Sequence record: KF147891.1
Source: Pseudomonas phage PaBG
Strand: one strand, 5' to 3'
DNA length: 64,000 bases
The notes beneath the pieces were generated by a model that was given only the letters and a program-made list of their open reading frames with translations, was not told the DNA's origin and searched no databases. Shown here piece after piece: positions 10,201 to 18,263 of the stretch. The stretch's first letter is position 1; each line of letters starts with the position of its first letter. Position numbers and translations under genes: made by a program.

Positions 10201-10929
10201 AGCCCGGTGAGTGTTGGTCAGATCATCGCGTCGCATGGTGATCACCCGGCTTGGGAAGGGTTGAGTTGTAAGTCGATCCCAGCTGGCGGTAGTGAAGGTG
10301 CCATTCGCATCAAGCAAGTGCGCAGTGATTACAGCCCGATTTCAGGTACTGTTACCTTCGCGCCTGGTGAAACGTCCAAGGAAGTGTGTGCGCCGATCAT
10401 CGGCAACGACACGCAGGATGGTGACCGTACCATCAACATGAACATCAGCAATGCGTCCAAGGGAAACATCACAGTGCCCACAGGTACTGGGACGATCATC
10501 GACGACGATAGTGCGCTGTGCCGGCAAAATCCGCAGGGCGTAGTGTATGAAAGAGCTGGTGGTGGAGATGGTGCTTACCTGATGCACGTTCAGCCTGATT
10601 ACAACTGTGCGGCAGGCAACACGAAGTACCTGATGATGGCGAACTTGACGTTCCCGTACACGGGCCCGTACGTTATCACCATGACGTCCGACGATGACTT
10701 CGAGCTGTACATCGACTGTAAGAAGGTTGCGTCTGGTCCGATCGGTACTCGGCAGTACACCGTGAACATCAACGCAGGTACACGCAACGTCATCCTTCGA
10801 TACTTGAACGTGCCAAACTGTACGCCTGGTTACGCTGGCTTTACCGCCCGCTACAACAACCTGATGGTGTACTCGACGCGCGCTGCTGATTGGAAGGGTC
10901 AAGCCAATAGCATTGGAGAAATCGAGTAA
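7276..10929 (+). CDS. giant multidomain adhesin-like virion protein (Gly/Asp linker, 3 tandem beta-domains, 2 Calx-beta-like, GATase1/ThuA-like, PA14-like)
   Basis: 1217 aa. Three ~100-aa repeats (GAGISEFYINMG.. / GQGTYEFYHNLG.. / GAGVTDTFIDMG..). 'PVTVDYATGGGNA' and 'GTVTFAPGETSKEV...GTIIDDD' Calx-beta signatures. 'ALILCDSAT...NGGGLFIVTDHD' class-I amidotransferase-like core. C-terminal 'TSDDDFELYIDCKKV' PA14-like. Confidence 0.75.
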   Translation: MSRLRIRDAKNVKWIDICQSEWRVRNPANTGWIRITPAQGIKARHGSEYYWLDIDCLAEEGTEDCGQDEYGGTPDGKGENGTGPGKPSTGGGDGSGGGGDGGGGDGGGNGGDNGSNNGGSGDGGGIDNGPDSPSFNDGDSGSGNGGSGWQEDAPYPPGFDLPDSDGDGAGDKGDCIYRPGLNTCETKQPIVVRPDMDCGTKRPGSWDCPFECPDSVSGSGAGISEFYINMGTASGNIKFPWIASAGASFDIYYRGKRVATTSGQRKGTGALTFVFNPVNNDPMLFVRVRSTYKTNTWTLQIKCVGDDDDDGTINNPRPCHGTFEVKKEGGQGTYEFYHNLGPTAGLTDIHYQMWNQPDKMEVFNHAGVLIASTGGYVAGEAHLKFQHTPGGSNMVRVRITARDPGTSWIYLITCPGEDGSEDNPRECSDTSAVKSGGAGVTDTFIDMGSTAGKVGIRYQMWQIPDKLDVYQEGTLVATTGGPVTGDHWLYFDYDPSRGQKIQVRVTGSGATSWSFLHTCPGDEDPNISVNSPSVREGAAGESPQLCWTITMDKPQSQPVTVDYATGGGNANPVAAQGRILASDQFNNPFIAVVDQANFGKVAFDGGFPKFYNSTYVAPQPPPTGAQVFNTWWRTAGAEFYTSPSGIPSGSEANAWAYSAGSGNISSTVNSANIISFISPTAYDSYTFEATLSSSAADDDMIGLVAAYARVGSDNYQIIASRQRGGLNAFGSNWSLALVKNNSVVKVLASNAVGGTGNWNGTRTRVRVQRDCNQINVWCSAYGSETISESTLLQADLTSEDLAVFGGAATRWGFTAQSQENATFSSIFVSGIGLPPAFTYLKNIALWSRKPGNSKALILCDSATVNQYNLGTAGMAFGVGMPETLRSVGFDVTMRYLPDMGNKITAADLADYGFLVVLSTDHTGVNHATGTSAAVVANWVKNGGGLFIVTDHDVFQATANALAAPYNIEFYASVDRSPVSVGQIIASHGDHPAWEGLSCKSIPAGGSEGAIRIKQVRSDYSPISGTVTFAPGETSKEVCAPIIGNDTQDGDRTINMNISNASKGNITVPTGTGTIIDDDSALCRQNPQGVVYERAGGGDGAYLMHVQPDYNCAAGNTKYLMMANLTFPYTGPYVITMTSDDDFELYIDCKKVASGPIGTRQYTVNINAGTRNVILRYLNVPNCTPGYAGFTARYNNLMVYSTRAADWKGQANSIGEIE
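7468..7730 (+). repeat. Gly/Asp/Ser/Asn low-complexity linker (GGGDGSGGGGDGGGGDGGGNGG...)
   Basis: About 85 codons of G/D/S/N within the 7276 ORF. Generates spurious antisense Pro-rich ORFs. Confidence 0.8.
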
Positions 10930-11099
10930 TGGCTGTCAGACTGCGAGTTCGTCAATCGACTAGCAGTCCGTGGATCGAGAACTTCGATAAGCTCGGGTGG
11001 AAGCTAAGGAATAGCTCCAATTCTGGATGGATTCAGATGCACCCGGGCAACACGAAAGTCCGCTCTTCGGACAACACACGCTGGCTCAATGTGAAGTGA
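10929..11099 (+). CDS. small ORF (56 aa) paralogous to N-terminus of the 7276..10929 protein; not in the supplied ORF track
   Basis: [37 protein letters not shown]... aligns with MSRLRIRDAKNVKWIDICQSEWRVRNPANTGWIRI... (shared RLR.R, W, W..RN..N.GWI, K.R, W.). ATG overlaps upstream TAA. Confidence 0.4.
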   Translation: MAVRLRVRQSTSSPWIENFDKLGWKLRNSSNSGWIQMHPGNTKVRSSDNTRWLNVK

Positions 11100-11106
11100 G
11101 GAAACT

Positions 11107-11913
11107 ATGAGTGGATTGACAAGAATCCCGCTCCCGATGATCGATCCTGGCGCTGGCGTCGCTAACGACGAGGTGAAATTCAACGGAGAGCGCCTCGAAT
11201 TGCAAAACCCGGACGACGATACCGATGTCCAGGTCACGGAAGGTGTGTACGACCCAGAGACAGGCACGTTGACTCTGCGCAAAGCAGACAACTCTGTGCT
11301 CAACATTCGCGGCTTCTTGACCAAGGCGAGTGTCGGTGTAGGCCCCACTGGCCCAACAGGTCCTCAGGGTAAGCCTGGTATCAACGGGCGCAACGGCAAA
11401 GATGGTCGCGTAGGTGATCAAGGCTGCGTGGGGCCCAAAGGTGATCCAGGCCCAGCAGGCCCGACGGGCCCAGCAGGTCCGGGTGGCGGTATCGGTGCTC
11501 AGGGCGCTACTGGCCCAACTGGTCCAACTGGTCCGACAGGCCCTGCTGGACTTGACGGTAAGGCACCAACGTTCGGCGTAGGCGAAGTGGATGCTTACGA
11601 GTTCTACGAGAATCACAGCCTTAAATGTTGGGGCCGATTCACGTCGGAAGATGCGGCAGTTTTCCAGCGCGTCGTATTCCCGGAAGCCTTCGAGCGAGAC
11701 AAGCCACGGGTCATGCTTCTGCAATTCATCGACCCGAAGAGCAACGTCAAGAACGCCGTGCGCATCGACCGTATCAACAAAGGCAACGCCGAGTTGAGTG
11801 TGGATGCTTCCATGTTGGAGCAAGAATCCGATGGTGAAGGCGGCACGCGACCTGTAGCTGCTACCGGTTGGGACTTCTACTGGTTCGTCATCGGCAGCGA
11901 CGCCGACGCATAA
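11107..11913 (+). CDS. collagen-like fibre protein, 'MSGLTRIP' family, with C-terminal globular domain
   Basis: RBS GAGGAAA. N-terminus [12 protein letters not shown]. About 65 G-X-Y triplets. About 110-aa non-collagen C-terminus. Confidence 0.7.
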   Translation: MSGLTRIPLPMIDPGAGVANDEVKFNGERLELQNPDDDTDVQVTEGVYDPETGTLTLRKADNSVLNIRGFLTKASVGVGPTGPTGPQGKPGINGRNGKDGRVGDQGCVGPKGDPGPAGPTGPAGPGGGIGAQGATGPTGPTGPTGPAGLDGKAPTFGVGEVDAYEFYENHSLKCWGRFTSEDAAVFQRVVFPEAFERDKPRVMLLQFIDPKSNVKNAVRIDRINKGNAELSVDASMLEQESDGEGGTRPVAATGWDFYWFVIGSDADA

Positions 11914-11923
11914 GGAGAAAGCT

Positions 11924-12376
11924 ATGGCTTTACCAGCGGCATACTACCAACTTGTCTATGATGAGAAGACAGGTGACGTGCTGTCGTTCTGGAACCCAAT
12001 GAGGGGCGAGTGTCCTGACTCGCCTTACATTGAAGTTTCCCTGGAGGACCACGCTCGCGTACAGCCTGCACCGTTCAAGTTCCGCGTCATCGATAAGCGC
12101 CTGGTTGAAGTGAGCGATATACCAAAAGATGAACGTCCGAAGCGTCCAGCTGTCTCCGAAGCGATCATCGCGGGTCTTGTAATCGACGGCGTGTGCTACG
12201 CGCTCGACCCGAAAGCTCTGGCTGTGTTGACGCTCGATCTGTCCAGAGGCTCCAAGACCTGCAGGGCAATCGCCCACACTCCGACAGGAAACCAACTGGT
12301 AACCCTGCCAAAGGAAGATGCCAAGAACGTAGCCTCGATGATAGCCGACCACTTGGTGGCTCTACATTGTGGATAA
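11924..12376 (+). CDS. hypothetical protein
   Basis: RBS AAGGAGAAAG, 150 aa. Confidence 0.5.
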   Translation: MALPAAYYQLVYDEKTGDVLSFWNPMRGECPDSPYIEVSLEDHARVQPAPFKFRVIDKRLVEVSDIPKDERPKRPAVSEAIIAGLVIDGVCYALDPKALAVLTLDLSRGSKTCRAIAHTPTGNQLVTLPKEDAKNVASMIADHLVALHCG

Positions 12377-12407
12377 TTTACTCGCAGTGTACATCGAGGT
12401 GTGAACC

Positions 12408-13229
12408 ATGTCTCTTCCTACTAGCAGGCTTATCCAGGCCGCCGTGGATCGCGGCCTGACTGTGGCCACGCCCGTTCTTCTCACCATGGACGGGCCGGAA
12501 CACATTCGCGTAAACGTCATCATCAGCCACGCGGAGCCCGTCTCTGTCGTGGCTCCTTTGGACTTGCTGTGGATTAACCCTGACACAGGCACTCCGCTGC
12601 GCCGTGTCAGTCGTGCCCAGTCGCAAGACTTCGTGCATACCTGGGAAGTCGCGGACGAGACATCGTTCTGGTTGGCTCAATCCTGGGATGAACCACGACC
12701 GAACGACCAAGACTTTCAGGAGCTCAACCGAAACATCGGCAACACGCACGGGCTGATCCTGGCCGATATCGGCGCGCTCGGTGTTGAAGGTGGAGACCTG
12801 ACAGGACCATTGCGTCCACGAGTCTTGGAAGTCGGAGACGACTACGCACCTACGGAAGCGGTACCTCGCTCGTTCGTCGAAAAGCTGACCATGGCGGCGC
12901 AAAGCCTAGCAGCTTCGGTTAGCCAACAGCTCACCAGCCTGCGTAACCAAGTTACGTCTGTGCGAAACCGCGTGACGGTAGTCGAAGACGAGTTGGAAAA
13001 CATCCAGCTCGGTGACGGCACGCCACGATACAAACATGACCAAGTGGAACCCTCACTTGAGTGGATCATCGTTCACAACCTACACGTACCGGACGTCACA
13101 GTTCGTGCCGTGCGGGAAGATGGGACGCTGATGATTCCAGCCACGGAAACAATGATCGATGAAGATACGCTGCGCCTGACGTTTGCCGAAGCTCGCCAGG
13201 GACGCGCCGTGATTCTCGGCATAAGGTGA
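12408..13229 (+). CDS. hypothetical protein with short heptad/coiled-coil segment
   Basis: RBS GAGGTG. 'LTSLRNQVTSVRNRVTVVEDELENIQ' coiled-coil-like. Confidence 0.5.
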   Translation: MSLPTSRLIQAAVDRGLTVATPVLLTMDGPEHIRVNVIISHAEPVSVVAPLDLLWINPDTGTPLRRVSRAQSQDFVHTWEVADETSFWLAQSWDEPRPNDQDFQELNRNIGNTHGLILADIGALGVEGGDLTGPLRPRVLEVGDDYAPTEAVPRSFVEKLTMAAQSLAASVSQQLTSLRNQVTSVRNRVTVVEDELENIQLGDGTPRYKHDQVEPSLEWIIVHNLHVPDVTVRAVREDGTLMIPATETMIDEDTLRLTFAEARQGRAVILGIR

Positions 13230-13234
13230 CGAAC

Positions 13235-14095
13235 ATGAGAAGGCTTTTGGCGATAGGCTCGCTAATTTACTGCGTAATGGCAAATGCCCAAAGCCTTTTG
13301 GTTGTGCAGTCGGCAACGGTCAATGACCTGTACGGCAACACGATCATCGCAAAGATTCTTGAAGACCAAAACGGCAGTGTCGACCACATTGCCGTCTTCA
13401 ACGCTCGGCAGTTCACGCATGATCGCTCGGCACACTCGCGGGAAATCCTGTCAAAGGTTTTGCGCACGTATGTCGAGCACTCAAAGCCGAGCGCCCTTCT
13501 GTTTCTCGGAGAGCCAATCGTGGACGTCGGGATTCCAACTCAGTACAGCTCTGTGCTGATAGGTTCCACGTCATTTAACACAACGGCCCTCAAGGCAGCT
13601 TCCATCTACAACAAGCACTGGTCACCTGTTTACGTCATAAGCGACAACTCCGTGTTGGCGAACCTTCGCTTGCAGGAGCTGCGCCGACAACTCGATGGCA
13701 TCGAGCTGGACGTGACTACGGTGTCAACGGTTATCGAGTATCGGCAAGCGTTGCTTGACCTGCAAGATCAACCAAAAGGCACCCTGGTGCTGAACGCCTT
13801 TAGCTTGTTGGATGAGTGGCAAGACTCTGTGGGATTCGCCGAAATCGAAAACCTTCTGGTTAAGACAAATCGGCGTCACGTGGATGTAGGTATTTGTCGA
13901 AACGGGTTTAAGACGACTCTGGCTATCGGGCCGACGCCTGCAGAGGCGGCAGCTCTGGCTACTGCGCCATACTCCCAAGCATCAAACTCCCACATCAGCT
14001 CGTGTGCAAACCTGTCCCGTGTCGTACCAAAGTGGCTGGGGTTATACCGCGCAACGATGGGCAAATACGACATAGTGGAAGGCGGCAACCAATGA
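13235..14095 (+). CDS. secreted protein with cleavable signal peptide (periplasmic-binding-protein-like?)
   Basis: ATG at 13235 with AAGGTGA RBS (the track's 13226 start is GTG). N-terminus MRRLLAIGSLIYCVMANAQS fits a Sec signal. Confidence 0.5.
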   Translation: MRRLLAIGSLIYCVMANAQSLLVVQSATVNDLYGNTIIAKILEDQNGSVDHIAVFNARQFTHDRSAHSREILSKVLRTYVEHSKPSALLFLGEPIVDVGIPTQYSSVLIGSTSFNTTALKAASIYNKHWSPVYVISDNSVLANLRLQELRRQLDGIELDVTTVSTVIEYRQALLDLQDQPKGTLVLNAFSLLDEWQDSVGFAEIENLLVKTNRRHVDVGICRNGFKTTLAIGPTPAEAAALATAPYSQASNSHISSCANLSRVVPKWLGLYRATMGKYDIVEGGNQ

Positions 14096-14376
14096 TCCGA
14101 CCCTCACATTCGACCATATCGCGTATCGTCATTCTTGCCCTTTTGGCTGCGGTAGCTTTCATCTTCGTGAAGTACAGCTCCCGTAGTGACAACCGCGAAG
14201 CAATCGTATACTCCTCCTTGCAGTGCGTTCAAAGCGTCTGCGTGGAGAACAAGGCTACCGGAGAGATTTGCTCCTACAGGGAGCCGAGAATTTCCGAGAT
14301 TCTTATTGAGACGGACAAAGACAACGCCAACGTCAGAAACATAAGAGTTATACCGAGCGATGACCGATGCCAATGA
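14092..14376 (+). CDS. small membrane-anchored Cys-containing protein
   Basis: ATGA overlap with upstream stop. N-terminal TM helix (IVILALLAAVAFIFV), 4 Cys in exported part. Confidence 0.45.
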   Translation: MIRPSHSTISRIVILALLAAVAFIFVKYSSRSDNREAIVYSSLQCVQSVCVENKATGEICSYREPRISEILIETDKDNANVRNIRVIPSDDRCQ

Positions 14377-14385
14377 GGCTGCTCA

Positions 14386-14937
14386 ATGGACTCCATAAAC
14401 ACCATTTTCAGTAGCCCGCTGCCTGTCGCAATTTCTGCTGTGATTGCGGTTGCGTGCCTAGCCGGCTACTGGTTCTTCGTTATCCCGCTGCTGGACGAGG
14501 TCAAAACTCTGCGTGAGACCAACTCCTCGATGCAGCAAAAGATGGGCGACGAATTTGAACTGCAAAAGGCGAACGTCCAACGCTTCATGCAAGAGTTGGC
14601 AGCCAGCCTGCAAAGTCAGCAAAACATCACCGAACTTGTCTCGACCGTAAGTTCCTTGAAGCTGGCGGTTGAACATCAAACAACCGCACTGAGTGGAAGC
14701 CTTGAACGCATGTTCGAGGACGTTCAGGAAGCATTAGAACGTCTCACCAGTGCCCTAAATCAAACGTCTGAGACCTCGACCCGTAAACACGATGAAATCC
14801 GGCGTGAAGTCGAACGCCTGGGTCGATTGCTTGAACAACTGACCCGCCAAGTTGCGGACATCAGTGACAAGCAGAGTCAAGTCGCTGGCGTGTTGACAGG
14901 TATGTCTATCGCTAAAAACATGAATCGAGGTCTGTAG
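14386..14937 (+). CDS. membrane-anchored long coiled-coil protein
   Basis: N-terminal TM (VAISAVIAVACLAGYWFFVIPLL) followed by about 150 aa of heptad-rich sequence. Confidence 0.5.
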   Translation: MDSINTIFSSPLPVAISAVIAVACLAGYWFFVIPLLDEVKTLRETNSSMQQKMGDEFELQKANVQRFMQELAASLQSQQNITELVSTVSSLKLAVEHQTTALSGSLERMFEDVQEALERLTSALNQTSETSTRKHDEIRREVERLGRLLEQLTRQVADISDKQSQVAGVLTGMSIAKNMNRGL

Positions 14938-14947
14938 GAATACCAAC

Positions 14948-15739
14948 ATGGCCTATGTGCTCAACAACATACGGTTTCGATCTGTCAGTTCAAAGGCGCT
15001 GGAGAGGTACTACAACTCCAAGTCGTTCATCCTGAATGTCCTGATCGACGAACAAAGACAGTTCAGCCAAGTAGCCCGCGAAATCCTGCTGCTGTTTTTC
15101 AACAGCTATTCGGACTGGGCTATCAAGGTGGAGAGCCTGTTGTTGAACCGAAGCGTTTTGGAGGAGACGGACCTCAAGATCATCTTCCAGCGCTTCGGTG
15201 AAGTAGTCGAATCCAACAAGAGCATTTTCACCATTCACGGTGACGTGTTTTTGCCGCAGTTCGTAGACGTTTGGGGTGCTGTGCATAAGCACGTGCCTCT
15301 GAACTTCAAGCGCAAGGTTCGGCAAACGGTGGGCCTCTCTCAGCTTGAGGCCTATCCGCTTATCATCGATGCGTTGGTCGATGCCCTTCAATCCACGCTG
15401 TACGAGCTGTACGAAGTGGACTGCCTTCTAGGGTCTAACCTGGTGGGCAACAAGATCAGCACCAACGCGTCCATGCAGGACAACCTGATCACGTACATTG
15501 ACGATGGTGACCTGGAATATTACCGAGCCACTGGGGTCTTCATCGCCAAAGAGAGAATCACTCACTACTTGGACACGGTAATCCTGCCGGACATCGTTGT
15601 CCCTGTGGTCGTGAAAAACTACACGGAAGAAAAAATTGCGTTGAAAAACGGCTTGGTAGTTGGGGATCAGCCATTCGCACGGCTGCTAACCGACATGTTA
15701 GAAAACCCCCGCATTAAAATCGTTGAGATCGCATCCTGA
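14948..15739 (+). CDS. hypothetical protein
   Basis: RBS AGGAAT. 263 aa. Precedes tail fibre, so a fibre assembly or chaperone role is possible. Confidence 0.5.
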   Translation: MAYVLNNIRFRSVSSKALERYYNSKSFILNVLIDEQRQFSQVAREILLLFFNSYSDWAIKVESLLLNRSVLEETDLKIIFQRFGEVVESNKSIFTIHGDVFLPQFVDVWGAVHKHVPLNFKRKVRQTVGLSQLEAYPLIIDALVDALQSTLYELYEVDCLLGSNLVGNKISTNASMQDNLITYIDDGDLEYYRATGVFIAKERITHYLDTVILPDIVVPVVVKNYTEEKIALKNGLVVGDQPFARLLTDMLENPRIKIVEIAS

Positions 15740-15755
15740 TCCTGGAGTAATCAAC

Positions 15756-17438
15756 ATGCTCAAGAATGGCAACATCACGCTGGTTGGCGAGATTCGTGGC
15801 CTCAAGCCGCAGCGCCTGGCAGCAGACCCCACTGGTGGTGACCTCAAGGAAGGTCTGGTCTGGGTCAACACTACCGACAAAGCCCTGAAGTGGTACGACG
15901 GCACCCAGACCCTCACCATCGCCACTGGCGGCGCACTGGACGAATACCTGTCGCTGGCCGGCGGCACCATGACCGGCCCGCTGGTTCTCGCCGCAGACGC
16001 AGCCAACCCGCTCGAAGCTACTCCGCTGCAACAAGTCGAGTCGCTGGTGGGTGCGAAGCAGGACACCATCACCGGTGCTGCTACTACCATCACCAGCGCC
16101 GATCTGACCGTCAGTCGTGCCATCGTCTCCGACGAAAACGGCAAGGTCGCAGTATCCGCAGTCACTGCCGTCGAACTCGCCCACCTGAGCGGCGTGACCG
16201 ACAACGTGCAGACGCAGATCGACCTCAAGCAGGATGATCTGGGCTACGTTCCGGTGAACAAGGCTGGCGATGCGCTGACCGGTGACCTGAACTTCGGCGG
16301 CACCAGCACGCTGAAAAACCTGGCTGCACCTGTCGATCCGACCGATGCCGTGCGTCTCATCGACATCGACAACCTGAAAGCTGACCTCGACTTCCAGGCT
16401 GACGTGCTGGCTGTCCAGCTGGATGACACGCTGGTTCCGACCGAAGACCCGCTGCCGGATGCCCAGGTACGCTACATCGTCACTGACGCAGCCAACCTGA
16501 ACGTCGCGTTCGGTACTATCGCTGGCCTGGAAGATGGCGACATCATCCAGAAGTCCGGTGCGGACTTCGTGGTTGCCTATGATGTGTCCGTCAAAGGTCC
16601 GGGCGCTCTTGTCTGGGATCGTGGCGTCGGCAAGTTCATGAAGTACGACGGCACCAACTGGACCGAACACGGCGGCCTGAGCGGCGTTACCGTATCGGCC
16701 GGTCTGCTCAAAGAAGGCAACACCATCAGCGTCAAGTTCGGTGCCGGTGTCGCCAACCTGCCGACTGGCGAAGTGGGTATCGATGTTCGTCCAGACAAAG
16801 GTCTGGAACTCGTCGATCCGACCACTGGTGACGCTTCGACTGCCAGTGACGCCGTACTGGGCGTTAAAGTCGGTGCTTCCCTCGATGTCGGTGCCGGTGG
16901 CATCATCGTCAAGGCTGCCGGCGTGAACGAAACCCATCTGGCGACCAGCGTTGCCGGTCAGGGCCTCGAAGGCGGTGAAGGTACTGCGCTGACCGTCAAG
17001 CTCGACGGCACCACTCTCGTCAAGTCTGCAAACGGCCTGGCTCTGGGTGACATCAGCGCTACCTACCTGAAGCTCGACACTGCGTCGACCATCACCGCTC
17101 AAGTGGCGGTCCCGGCTCCGACTGCTGACGCCAGCATCGCCAACAAGCTGTACGCTGACCAAGGCGACCAGGCGAACGCGGATGCAATCGGCGACCTGTC
17201 GACCCGCGTCGATGCCAACCAGTTCGTGTTCGATGGCACTGCCGGTGTTGCTCAAGACACCTACAGCATCAACCACAACCTGGGCAACAAGTACGCCGTA
17301 GTCGCTGTGTACGACGAAAGCGATGCTCAAATCCTGCCGGACACCGTCACGCTGACCGACGCCAACAACCTGACTGTCACTCTGGCGACTGCGCAGAAAG
17401 TGCGCGTCGTGATCAACGGGAAGAAGGCAGCCGCGTAA
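15756..17438 (+). CDS. tail fibre protein
   Basis: Conserved phage tail-fibre N-terminal signature '...LSLAGGTMTGPLVLAADAANPLEATPLQQVE'. GGAG RBS before ATG at 15756 (the track's 15723 start is likely too far upstream). Confidence 0.8.
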   Translation: MLKNGNITLVGEIRGLKPQRLAADPTGGDLKEGLVWVNTTDKALKWYDGTQTLTIATGGALDEYLSLAGGTMTGPLVLAADAANPLEATPLQQVESLVGAKQDTITGAATTITSADLTVSRAIVSDENGKVAVSAVTAVELAHLSGVTDNVQTQIDLKQDDLGYVPVNKAGDALTGDLNFGGTSTLKNLAAPVDPTDAVRLIDIDNLKADLDFQADVLAVQLDDTLVPTEDPLPDAQVRYIVTDAANLNVAFGTIAGLEDGDIIQKSGADFVVAYDVSVKGPGALVWDRGVGKFMKYDGTNWTEHGGLSGVTVSAGLLKEGNTISVKFGAGVANLPTGEVGIDVRPDKGLELVDPTTGDASTASDAVLGVKVGASLDVGAGGIIVKAAGVNETHLATSVAGQGLEGGEGTALTVKLDGTTLVKSANGLALGDISATYLKLDTASTITAQVAVPAPTADASIANKLYADQGDQANADAIGDLSTRVDANQFVFDGTAGVAQDTYSINHNLGNKYAVVAVYDESDAQILPDTVTLTDANNLTVTLATAQKVRVVINGKKAAA

Positions 17439-17454
17439 ACCCAAGGGGGCCTAA

Positions 17455-18054
17455 ATGCAAATCAACGGCAGCCTCGATCTGATGGGCAATGTCCTGAAGA
17501 ACGTAGCCCTGGAGCCCGTTGAATCTTGGCCGCTTGAACCAAAGCCGGGTACCTTCATCTTCAAAGGCAAGCGTATCTACATTTGCCTAGAAATCAATGA
17601 TGGTGTCCCGGTCTGGTTGCCGATGAGCACTGAACTGCACACCCACGTACACGACCAATTCATTGCGTCGTCTACGTGGGAAATCGACCATAGCCTGCAA
17701 ACCGCTGGCTGTATCGTGCAGGTGCTCAGTGGCGATAACAAAGCGATTGAGTTCGACGAGGTTGACTTCACCTTCAACCACGCCACAATTCACTTTGCCG
17801 AGCCGCAAGCTGGTCGTGCAATTCTCATCATGGGCTCCACTGAAGGTCTTCCACGACCAACAGTCGCCTTCGAGCAGACGTTCACTGATCAACAGGTGTG
17901 GGTAATCAACCACATGCTGGGCTACCCGCCAATCGTGCGCTGCTTCGTCGGTAATCTGGAGATTCAACCCTCCAGCTTGGTACATGACGAGAACTTCACC
18001 CAGAGTATCGCCTCTTTCAGTAGTCCGATTTCGGGCAGGGTGCGGTGCGTATGA
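17455..18054 (+). CDS. tail-fibre-associated protein containing two copies of a ~60-aa repeat
   Basis: RBS AAGGGGG. Internal repeat 'W.I.H.L....IV.......I...'. Confidence 0.5.
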   Translation: MQINGSLDLMGNVLKNVALEPVESWPLEPKPGTFIFKGKRIYICLEINDGVPVWLPMSTELHTHVHDQFIASSTWEIDHSLQTAGCIVQVLSGDNKAIEFDEVDFTFNHATIHFAEPQAGRAILIMGSTEGLPRPTVAFEQTFTDQQVWVINHMLGYPPIVRCFVGNLEIQPSSLVHDENFTQSIASFSSPISGRVRCV

Positions 18055-18263
18055 CGAATCGGCATGAGCACGATCAACCCATTCCTTCTCAGGTTTGGGA
18101 AGTTCACCACAACCTCTTCACTCGGGCACCTGTCGTTGACGCTTGGGTTGAGATTGAAGGCCAGATGCAAAAGATTCAGCCAATGGCTGTAAAGGTCATC
18201 GATCAAAACCAGTGCAACATCGAGTGGTCCGTGCCAAGAGCCGGTAAAGCAGGAGTCGCCTGA
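18045..18263 (+). CDS. small protein carrying a third copy of the same ~60-aa repeat
   Basis: 'PSQVWEVHHNLFTRAPVVDAWVEIEGQ...IDQN...PRAGKAG' parallels 'STWEIDHSLQTAGCIVQVL...FNHATIHFAEPQAGRA' in the upstream gene. Confidence 0.4.
   Translation: MRMTNRHEHDQPIPSQVWEVHHNLFTRAPVVDAWVEIEGQMQKIQPMAVKVIDQNQCNIEWSVPRAGKAGVA

Noticed and set aside
7285-10317. Long - strand ORFs (7285..8436, 8566..10317) antisense to the 1217-aa adhesin gene
   Set aside because: They are produced by the Gly/Asp codon repeats and high GC. They are R/P/A-rich, have no start or RBS context, and fully overlap a domain-rich sense gene.
4649-11913. Possibility that the collagen-like genes or lectin-like genes are targets of a diversity-generating retroelement
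   Set aside because: There is no reverse-transcriptase ORF (no YADD-type motif in any frame) and no template/variable repeat pair with adenine-specific mismatches in this window.
15714-17444. 576-aa - strand ORF antisense to the tail fibre gene
   Set aside because: The + strand frame carries the diagnostic tail-fibre N-terminal motif and a GGAG RBS. The antisense ORF is a GC-driven artefact with Arg/Gly/Val-rich low-complexity sequence.
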